From assembly GCA_965230295.1 (NCBI GenBank), contig OZ246001.1, positions 1,632,001 through 1,696,000 on the forward strand: a stretch of DNA of 64,000 nucleotides, read 5' to 3'. The notes under the pieces are model-generated. The model did not search any database and was not told where the DNA came from. It was given only the letters and a program-made list of their open reading frames with translations. This DNA is from Marinicella sp. Its GTDB lineage: Bacteria; Pseudomonadota; Gammaproteobacteria; Xanthomonadales; Marinicellaceae. The stretch's first letter is position 1; each line of letters opens with the position of its first letter. A program made the position numbers and the translations under genes. Of the stretch, positions 40,413 to 48,450 are shown piece by piece.

Positions 40413-42008
40413 ATGTCAAATTACCAAACAGAAGTGAAATCAGCTGATGGCCTCATCAAAGAAAACCAATCGCCTTGGTCAGCCATTAACCCTGAATATG
40501 TCGCTCGAATGAAACTGCAAAATCGATTCAATACAGGTTTGGACATTGCCAAGTACACCGCATCCATCATGCGCAAAGACATGCAAGATTATGACCTTGA
40601 CTCTAGCAACTACACCCAGTCACTCGGTTGCTGGCACGGCTTCATAGGCCAACAAAAAATGATTGCGGTGAAAAAACACCATGGCACCACTGACAAACGC
40701 TATCTGTATTTATCTGGTTGGATGATTGCCGCATTGCGGTCCGAATTCGGTCCTTTGCCTGACCAATCCATGCACGAAAAAACCAGTGTTCCTGCCTTGA
40801 TCAAAGAGTTGTATGACTTCCTTAAACAGGCAGATGCCCGTGAGTTGCGTGGTTTATTCAAAGACCTGGATGATGCCAAGGCCGCAGGTGATGAAGTGAA
40901 AGCACAACGAGCACAAGAATCCATCGACAACTTCCAAACCCACGTGGTGCCGATCATTGCTGACATTGATGCCGGATTCGGTAACGAAGAAGCCACCTAC
41001 TTATTGGCCAAAAAAATGATTGAAGCGGGCGCTTGTGCCATTCAAATCGAAAACCAGGTTTCAGATGAAAAACAATGTGGTCACCAAGACGGTAAAGTGA
41101 CTGTGCCCCATGCAGACTTCCTGGCTAAAATCCGGGCTGTGCGCTATGCCTTTCTTGAGTTGGGTGTCGATGATGGTGTGATTGTCGCCCGAACAGATTC
41201 GTTGGGCGCTGGGTTGACCAAACAAATCGCTGTGACCAATGAACCTGGTGACTTGGGTGACCAATACAACGCCTATTTAGATTGCGATGAAATCAGTACT
41301 GAAGACTTGAACAACGGCGATGTGGTGATCAAACAAAATGGCAAGTTGGTTAAACCAAAACGCTTGGCCAGTGGCTTATTCCAGTTCAAACCAGGTACCG
41401 GTGAAGATCGCTGTGTTCTTGATTCAATCACCAGTTTACAAAACGGCGCTGATTTGCTGTGGATTGAAACAGCCACACCGCATGTTGGTCAAATAGGCGG
41501 CATGGTTGAACGTATCCGCAAAGTGATTCCAAACGCCAAGTTGGTCTATAACAATTCACCTTCCTTCAACTGGACCCTTAATTTCAGACAACAGGCATAT
41601 GATTTGATGCTTGAAGCTGGCGAAGACGTCAGTGCCTATGAACGCACAGAATTAATGGATGTTAAATACGATGACACCACTTTGGGCAAAAAGGCCGATG
41701 ACATGATTCAAGCATTCCAGCGCGATGGTTCACAACAGGCTGGTATTTTCCATCACTTGATCACCTTACCCACTTACCACACAGCGGCCTTGTCAACGGA
41801 TCAACTGGCCAAAGGTTATTATGGTGACCATGGCATGCTGGCTTATGTCACAGGCGTTCAGCGCAAAGAAATTCGTGAAGGCTTGGCCTGTGTTAAACAC
41901 CAGGACATGGCCGGTTCTAACATTGGTGATGACCACAAAGAATATTTCTCTGGCGATGCCGCCTTGAAAGCTTCAGGTGAAGACAACACCATGAACCAGT
42001 TTGACTGA
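40413..42008 (+). CDS. aceA: Isocitrate lyase
   Basis: EKQCGHQDGK, IADIDAGFG, YNNSPSFNW, C-terminal NTMNQF. Confidence 0.98.
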   Translation: MSNYQTEVKSADGLIKENQSPWSAINPEYVARMKLQNRFNTGLDIAKYTASIMRKDMQDYDLDSSNYTQSLGCWHGFIGQQKMIAVKKHHGTTDKRYLYLSGWMIAALRSEFGPLPDQSMHEKTSVPALIKELYDFLKQADARELRGLFKDLDDAKAAGDEVKAQRAQESIDNFQTHVVPIIADIDAGFGNEEATYLLAKKMIEAGACAIQIENQVSDEKQCGHQDGKVTVPHADFLAKIRAVRYAFLELGVDDGVIVARTDSLGAGLTKQIAVTNEPGDLGDQYNAYLDCDEISTEDLNNGDVVIKQNGKLVKPKRLASGLFQFKPGTGEDRCVLDSITSLQNGADLLWIETATPHVGQIGGMVERIRKVIPNAKLVYNNSPSFNWTLNFRQQAYDLMLEAGEDVSAYERTELMDVKYDDTTLGKKADDMIQAFQRDGSQQAGIFHHLITLPTYHTAALSTDQLAKGYYGDHGMLAYVTGVQRKEIREGLACVKHQDMAGSNIGDDHKEYFSGDAALKASGEDNTMNQFD

Positions 42009-42035
42009 CCAGGTTCTCTGAAAAAACGTTGACCC

Positions 42036-42063
42036 AAAGCCTCACTTCTGTGGGGCTTTTTTT
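42036..42063 (+). terminator. aceA terminator
   Basis: AAAGCCTCAC..GTGGGGCTTTTTTT. Confidence 0.88.
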
Positions 42064-42136
42064 CACTTCAAGATAACCAGTCAATTTTAGGTATAATGAC
42101 TGACACCATGCAAATCGATAACAATGGGTCAGGCCA

Positions 42137-45097
42137 TTGAATAAACGGCAAAAAACCAAAACATTACTTCGTCAAGCCCTGGGGCTGAATTCCCAGGAAA
42201 GGACTGTTTTGCTGGAACAAATCAATGACACAGACATCCGCAGCCAAGTGGAAACACTGCTGGCAGATGAGTCCGAGTTACAAGCCTTTCTGGCTGAAAA
42301 CAACACCACCGAGCCCAAATCAACCCACATTGATGAAGACCCCATATCGCCTGGCACTTTGATCAACCGCATTCGCATCATCAAGCTGTTGGGACAGGGT
42401 GGCATGGGGTCAGTTTATTTGGGCTTCGATGAAAAGTTAGAGCGGCAAGTGGCGGTCAAATCCATCCGTTCAGTACATTTGAAAAACCCATCTACCCAAC
42501 AACGTTTTGTTCGAGAAGCGCAAATCCTGTCGAAAATCAATCACCCATCGATCTGCCAGCTGTACGACTATATGGAAACAGCCGAGGGTGATTTCCTGGT
42601 GCTGGAGTACATCAAAGGCAAACCGCTTTATCAAGTGCCCCTGAATGAAGAAGAAAAACTCAAAATACTGGCCGAACTGGCCACGGCTTTGGCCGTGGCC
42701 CATGAACATGGCATCGTTCATCGTGATCTGAAACCTGACAACATCATGATCACCGAACAAGGCCAGTTGAAGGTGTTGGATTTTGGTATTGCCCAATCGT
42801 TAACCCAACCCAAAGTAGAACGTCATGACCAGCCAACAACTGCAGACAGTGTTTTAACCCAACATGGGTCTTTGGTCGGCACCATTCGTTATATGAGTCC
42901 CGAACAAGCACAGGGAAAAAGCATCAACACCGCCAGTGATTTGTACGCTTTAGGCATCATTGCCCAAGAAGTTTTCAGCCATCAAGCGGCTTATGAAGTG
43001 ATGGAAACCGATCAATTGTTGATCGACGTACAGCAAGGGAAGCGTTTACAACCGGATGACTTGCCTGAAACGATTCAATCAGTCATCACCGACTTAACCC
43101 GGCTCGAACCCGATCAACGGCCCACTGCTACTTCAGCAGCACAACAGTTTACAAACATCTTGTTGGCGCCCAAGCGCCGAAAACAACGCAAAACCCGTTG
43201 GACCATCTCCACTGCCATGGTGATCCTGGTTGTGGTGCTGTTGTGGCAATGGCAACAATTTGGTACCCAAGCAGATCGCAACCAACGGGTCAGTGATTAT
43301 GAAAATCAAATCAACAATGTGGTGATACAAGCTGAACAAATTTATGTCTTACCGATCCATCCCGTGGCCAAAGAAATCGGGTTGCTGTTAAAACAAGGCG
43401 AGTCTTTGTATGCTGAAATTGAGGCCGATCCGGTGTTAACTGAACAAGACAAACAAAGGTTGACAGGCCTCATCATGTTGCGGGCAGAGTATTATGAACC
43501 GGCCATCCAACTGTTGACTGAAGGAGAAGGAAAAACCCAATTGTTGGCCGAAGCCTGGACCAAGCTATACATCGAAAAGGCTTCTGACTTTTCCGATCAG
43601 CATGGCTACGAACAAGCCATGCAAGACCCGGTATTACAACAAGACTACTTGCAGCCAGCCTTAAAGTACATCAACTTGGTACAACAACAATCTGCAGAGG
43701 AGGACTTGTTATTCAAAGCTTTCGCCCTGTCACAAACCGAATCGCTGGATGCTGGCTTGGTGGTGGTCAATGAGCTGTTAGAAGAAAAGCACTGGAACAA
43801 GGATGCGGTCAAACTCAAAGCCTTGATCTTGTCTGCTTCGATGCAAAATGCGCAACAAAAAGGGCAATGGGAAACCGCCAAATCATTGGCTTTGATGACG
43901 GCTGAAACCTATCAACGGTCGACCCAAATGGCACGCAGTTACCCACCTGGTTATGAAAGCCTGTGTTATACCTATTTTGGTTTAATGGCTGACGGTGTGC
44001 AACGCAGTGGCAACCAAGTCGATGAATTCGCAACCCGAGCCATTGAAGCCTGTAATCAGGCACTGGTCACTTTACCGCAAAACCGTTACCCTAAATTTTT
44101 ATTGGCCAGAATCCATATGATGAAAGCCCGCTGGGCCATTTTTCATGGCCGCGATCCCAGTGAGGCTTTGGCACAGGCCAAAGACTGGAATCAACAAGCC
44201 ACCTCATTGGAAGACCTGTTCAACAGCACCTGGAACCAGGCCTTGATTGCTGCAACCGAAGCGTCTCACCTGATGTTAACCGGACAAGATGCCATGCCGC
44301 TGTTGAATCAAACTGTGGTTTGGTTTGAACAACTGTTGAACATCGATTCAGCCTACCGACCCTATGTGGTCAGTGACTTTTTGTTTGTCTTGGGCCAACA
44401 AGCCCATGAACTGATCAGACAAGGTCAAGATCCCAGACCCGTTTTGACACGGGCACAAAACTTGTATGATGATATTATGGTGACGCCAGATTTGTTGATC
44501 AATGAACAATGGGGCTTGGTCAACAACATGGCTCAGGTGTATTTGGTTGAATTGCGTCATGAATTTGACCAAGGGCGGGACATCATGAATAAAGGTGAAC
44601 AGCTGGTGGCTTTCTTAAACCCTGCTGACAATCAGCTGATAAATGACCCGCACCAGTTGATTAATTTGGCCAACACCCTTTTGTTACTGGCTGAACACCT
44701 GCGCCGCTCACAACTGCCGTTTGATGTGCATGTTGCCAGGGCTGAACAACACATCAAACAGGCCCTAACCATCAACAACAGCAACTCCGGTATCTTGCTC
44801 AGCCAAGCCAATCTAGAGACCTTGAAAAATTACCTTGATGGCCAAGAATATCAGGCTGTCAACAGCTTGTTCGAACGGGTGATGCACCTCAGTCCAAACA
44901 ACCCCTATTACCTGCAAGCCTGGGCACAAAGCCTGCTGGTTCAAGCACAAAACGTCGCTCCAGACCGAATCAAAACGACCCTCAATCAAGCCAATAAAAC
45001 CATCCAACAAGCGTTGAACATCGACCCCCAAAACCCATCTTTTCTGATGACTCAGCAATCAATCAAAACCGAATTGTCAGCCATGGACCAAGAGTAA
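42137..45097 (+). CDS. Hanks-type Ser/Thr kinase with TM segment and TPR-like extracytoplasmic region
   Basis: GQGGMGSVY, VAVK, HRDLKPDN, DFG, YMSPEQ; single TM; helical repeat C-terminus; TTG start uncertain. Confidence 0.93.
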   Translation: MNKRQKTKTLLRQALGLNSQERTVLLEQINDTDIRSQVETLLADESELQAFLAENNTTEPKSTHIDEDPISPGTLINRIRIIKLLGQGGMGSVYLGFDEKLERQVAVKSIRSVHLKNPSTQQRFVREAQILSKINHPSICQLYDYMETAEGDFLVLEYIKGKPLYQVPLNEEEKLKILAELATALAVAHEHGIVHRDLKPDNIMITEQGQLKVLDFGIAQSLTQPKVERHDQPTTADSVLTQHGSLVGTIRYMSPEQAQGKSINTASDLYALGIIAQEVFSHQAAYEVMETDQLLIDVQQGKRLQPDDLPETIQSVITDLTRLEPDQRPTATSAAQQFTNILLAPKRRKQRKTRWTISTAMVILVVVLLWQWQQFGTQADRNQRVSDYENQINNVVIQAEQIYVLPIHPVAKEIGLLLKQGESLYAEIEADPVLTEQDKQRLTGLIMLRAEYYEPAIQLLTEGEGKTQLLAEAWTKLYIEKASDFSDQHGYEQAMQDPVLQQDYLQPALKYINLVQQQSAEEDLLFKAFALSQTESLDAGLVVVNELLEEKHWNKDAVKLKALILSASMQNAQQKGQWETAKSLALMTAETYQRSTQMARSYPPGYESLCYTYFGLMADGVQRSGNQVDEFATRAIEACNQALVTLPQNRYPKFLLARIHMMKARWAIFHGRDPSEALAQAKDWNQQATSLEDLFNSTWNQALIAATEASHLMLTGQDAMPLLNQTVVWFEQLLNIDSAYRPYVVSDFLFVLGQQAHELIRQGQDPRPVLTRAQNLYDDIMVTPDLLINEQWGLVNNMAQVYLVELRHEFDQGRDIMNKGEQLVAFLNPADNQLINDPHQLINLANTLLLLAEHLRRSQLPFDVHVARAEQHIKQALTINNSNSGILLSQANLETLKNYLDGQEYQAVNSLFERVMHLSPNNPYYLQAWAQSLLVQAQNVAPDRIKTTLNQANKTIQQALNIDPQNPSFLMTQQSIKTELSAMDQE

Positions 45098-45134
45098 AAC
45101 CCTGAGCCAAGGTCAAAAAACCTCATTGAGGTGT

Positions 45135-45175
45135 TTGACTTCACATCAACTTTTATATATATTACACCATATGGT
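45135..45175 (+). promoter_or_regulatory. sigma70 promoter and palindromic operator of the ArsR operon
   Basis: TTGACT-17 nt-TATATT; ACCATATGGT palindrome at 45166-45175 overlapping the ATG. Confidence 0.7.
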
Positions 45176-45509
45176 ATATTATCGTGAACAACAAATTGAC
45201 GACGCTTTCTTTGCTTTGTCACACCCCATCCGACGCACCTTGTTGGACCAGTTAACAACTGGTGAACAAACCGTTGCTGATGTCTCGGAAAATCATGAAT
45301 TGTCAGCGGCACAGATGACCAAACACTTGGCCATACTCGAACGGGGAGGCTTAATTACCCGTCGAAAAATTGGCCGCAGCCACCACTTGAGGTTGCGACC
45401 TGTGGCGCTCAAAGAGATCATGAATTGGGCCAAACGATACGAACAATTCTGGCACCAACGTCTGGATGCTTTGGATGATTTTTTACACAACAACCAAGAG
45501 GACACATGA
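45171..45509 (+). CDS. ArsR/SmtB family regulator
   Basis: FFALSHPIRR..KHLAILERGGLI..KIGR; start placed at MVYY. Confidence 0.92.
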   Translation: MVYYREQQIDDAFFALSHPIRRTLLDQLTTGEQTVADVSENHELSAAQMTKHLAILERGGLITRRKIGRSHHLRLRPVALKEIMNWAKRYEQFWHQRLDALDDFLHNNQEDT

Positions 45510-45510
45510 C

Positions 45511-45996
45511 ATGACAATCCTGGTAGAAGATGATGGCTCTGTTGCGGTCAAAATAATACGAGACTTTGCGTTTCCTGCCGAACAGGTTTTCAATGCCTGG
45601 TTGCAGCCAGAATACTTACTGCATTGGATGGGACCAACTGACGATGTGAACGTCAGTAACGTCATGACCAATCCGGTAGAGGGCGGCAGCTATCACATGC
45701 AATTCAATGGACCCGAAAAACAAACTGATTTGTTGAATGGTGTTTATAAAATCATCAATCGATTCACTCGCCTGGTCATGACCTGGACTTGGGAGCCACC
45801 CACCGAAGGTGGCGGAGAAGAAACCTTGTTGAGTTTAGATTTTCTGCCCATTGAAGGTGGGACCAGACTGACCCTGCTTCACCAAAAATTCAGCACCCAA
45901 AACTTGGCTGAGCGACATGCCTGGGGTTGGGATGAAACCCTTTTGAAATTTGAACGACAAGCACCTGCTTTTCTGAACGGAGCTCACCATGAATAA
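45511..45996 (+). CDS. SRPBCC/AHSA1 domain protein
   Basis: RDFAFPAEQVFNAW, LVMTWTW, TRLTLLH, HAWGW. Confidence 0.9.
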   Translation: MTILVEDDGSVAVKIIRDFAFPAEQVFNAWLQPEYLLHWMGPTDDVNVSNVMTNPVEGGSYHMQFNGPEKQTDLLNGVYKIINRFTRLVMTWTWEPPTEGGGEETLLSLDFLPIEGGTRLTLLHQKFSTQNLAERHAWGWDETLLKFERQAPAFLNGAHHE

Positions 45997-46423
45997 CATC
46001 TTACATAAAGTCAACATCAACACCGATGCCGAATCGTTGTACCTGGCGCTCACCCAAGCAGACCAACTCAGCCAATGGTGGAGTCACAGCCAATCGAATG
46101 AACAAGAGGGGGGCTTGTTGCAAGTGTACTTTGGCCCCAACCGCGATCACCAGGTCGACTTTCGCATCAAACAATTGGTGCCCAATCAAAAAGTGGTTTG
46201 GCAATGTGAACAAGGACCTTGGCAAAACACCGGCGAATTTGTCATGGAAGTGGTCTCTACAGAACAAGGCTGTGACTTGCTTTTTTCGCATTATGATTGG
46301 CCTGAAACAGATGACTTTTTTCGTCACTGTAACAGTAAATGGGGGTATTTCTTAACCATCAGTTTAAAGCCCTTTTTGGAATCCGGGGAAGGTGTGCCTA
46401 ACCCGCTTGACAGCAACATTTAA
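45989..46423 (+). CDS. SRPBCC domain protein
   Basis: LYLALT..LSQWW, VVWQC..GPW, FSHYDW, CNSKWGYFL. Confidence 0.88.
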   Translation: MNNILHKVNINTDAESLYLALTQADQLSQWWSHSQSNEQEGGLLQVYFGPNRDHQVDFRIKQLVPNQKVVWQCEQGPWQNTGEFVMEVVSTEQGCDLLFSHYDWPETDDFFRHCNSKWGYFLTISLKPFLESGEGVPNPLDSNI

Positions 46424-46434
46424 TCAAAGGAGAA

Positions 46435-46854
46435 ATGATGAAACTCATGATCTTTTCAATGTTTTCGTTCTTTGCCATAACCATGGCTGTGGCCTATCCT
46501 TGGCACATGGTATTATTTGAAACAACTTATCATGCAATGGGTGCATTCACCAGAGAGGCCCCCATCATGGGATTTGGCATGTTGGCGATTGTATTACAGG
46601 GGTGGGCCATTGCTTTCTTGTTTCCTTATTTTTACCAAAACAAAAATGACTCGCCTTACAAGCTGGGTATCCAGTTCAGCTTGATCATGGGTTTACTGGT
46701 ATACAGTGTGATGGTGTTTGCTACCGCGGCAAAATTCATGATCGAACCAGTGTGGCAATTCGTGGCTTATGGAACGGCTTTTCAAATCATCCAGTTTGTC
46801 AGCACCGGCGCCGCCCTGGGCTGGATTCATCGCAAGGAAATTACCAGTCGCTGA
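46435..46854 (+). CDS. Small 4-TM membrane protein
   Basis: AGGAG RBS, four hydrophobic segments, position in the operon. Confidence 0.8.
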   Translation: MMKLMIFSMFSFFAITMAVAYPWHMVLFETTYHAMGAFTREAPIMGFGMLAIVLQGWAIAFLFPYFYQNKNDSPYKLGIQFSLIMGLLVYSVMVFATAAKFMIEPVWQFVAYGTAFQIIQFVSTGAALGWIHRKEITSR

Positions 46855-46901
46855 TTGCAAGTTGAAAGTGGAAACGGTATGGTTGTGGTTTTTGCACAAC
46901 G

Positions 46902-48128
46902 ATGACCCAACTGAACCCTCACCTGTCACACTTGGAATGCACCTTTTGCGGAGCCTCCTACCCCAAAGACCAGCTGATGAACCTATGCCCCAAAGACCAA
47001 CGGCCGGTTCAAGCAGTGTATGACACTGCAGCCATCAAAAACACCCAATGGTATCATCCTGAACGACAAGACATGTGGCGTTTTGCCGGTCTATTACCCA
47101 TTGCTTCTGGGTACCAATCTCAAGGTGAAGGGTTTACTCCATTGTTGAATTATTCGGACCATGAGTTGGCAACAAAGCATGGATTTAATTTGTTCATCAA
47201 AGACGAAGGCAAGGGACGCCCCGGGTATGGACAGAACCCCACCTTGAGCTTTAAAGACCGTGGCATGTCAGTGGTGGTTAACATGGCCCGGTTTTTTGGT
47301 TTGAAGCAGCTGGCCGTACCCACACAGGGCAATGCCGGTGACTCATTGGCCTATTACGCCAATAAAATGAACTTGGGCGCGGTGGTCATCATGCCCGATG
47401 ACACCCCGGCGCCGATCCAAGGTAACGTGGCTGCGTTGTCTTTTCACAACCCCTTGATCAAGCTCGACATGGTCAAAGGCACCATCAAAGAAGCCGGTAT
47501 GTTGATGAAAGAGAAATACTTACCGGCAGGGTTTTTTAATGTGGCGACTTTTCAGGAACCTGGCTGGCGCATTGAAGGTAAAAAAACCATGGGGCTTGAG
47601 TTGGCTGAACCCAACGCCCTTTCAGACCAATGGCAACTGCCCGATGTGATCTTGTATCCCACCGGCGGCGGTACCGGTATATTGGGTATGTGGAAAGCTT
47701 TTGATGAATTGGAAGCGCTGGGGATGATCGACAACAAGCGCCCTAAAATCATAGCGGTGCAATCGCTTGCCACACCACCTGTAAAAAATGCCATCGACCA
47801 AGGTCTGTTTGAGCCTGACCCAACCCCCGCTGGTGAAACCCTGGCGGTTGGCCTGAATGTGGCCGGTGGTGTGGGGCACTTTAAAGTGGTGGACATCATC
47901 CGCCAAAGCGGTGGTACCTCGTTGGCCATTGATGAAGCTGAAATTGCACAAAACCTCAGTGAAGTCTGGCAAAACAAACATTGGTGGATTTGTCCTGAAG
48001 GCGCGGCCTGTCTGGCTGCGATGAAACCACTGGTTGAACAGTCATTCATTCGGCCAGATGATCAAGTGGTGGTGTTCAATACCGGTTCATTTGAAAAATA
48101 CTTACCCGAAGTCAGGCACCTTTTGTGA
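46902..48128 (+). CDS. thrC: Threonine synthase-like PLP enzyme
   Basis: GEGFTPL, NPTLSFKDRG, PTGGGTG, PEGAA, FNTG. Confidence 0.82.
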   Translation: MTQLNPHLSHLECTFCGASYPKDQLMNLCPKDQRPVQAVYDTAAIKNTQWYHPERQDMWRFAGLLPIASGYQSQGEGFTPLLNYSDHELATKHGFNLFIKDEGKGRPGYGQNPTLSFKDRGMSVVVNMARFFGLKQLAVPTQGNAGDSLAYYANKMNLGAVVIMPDDTPAPIQGNVAALSFHNPLIKLDMVKGTIKEAGMLMKEKYLPAGFFNVATFQEPGWRIEGKKTMGLELAEPNALSDQWQLPDVILYPTGGGTGILGMWKAFDELEALGMIDNKRPKIIAVQSLATPPVKNAIDQGLFEPDPTPAGETLAVGLNVAGGVGHFKVVDIIRQSGGTSLAIDEAEIAQNLSEVWQNKHWWICPEGAACLAAMKPLVEQSFIRPDDQVVVFNTGSFEKYLPEVRHLL

Positions 48129-48164
48129 ATCAGCCCTCTTATGACCTGAGGAAAGCTGCTGAGC

Positions 48165-48445
48165 AGCTTAACCCGCCGAGCCGGTTGGTGAGCATAGCGA
48201 ACCAGAGGCGAAGAGAATAGCCAATGAGCATATGGCGATTTGACGAAGTCAAGAAGCCTTATGTGAATGGCGTTATTCGTGCGTGGTAGCAAATCATGTT
48301 CGCCGTGGTCGTTTTCACTTTTGTCTGGAACAGACATGCAGTGCGAAGCAACTGCTCAGACAATAGTCTGTAAAGGTCGGTTTATTTGCGCAGCAAATAT
48401 GAAGACCTGTCAGACCATGAACCAAAATGAAGCCCCAAGAACATT
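48165..48445 (+). repeat. Dispersed intergenic repeat, copy B (longer, with extra hairpins)
   Basis: Shares blocks with 6625-6742; additional internal stems. Confidence 0.72.
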
Positions 48446-48450
48446 CCTTC

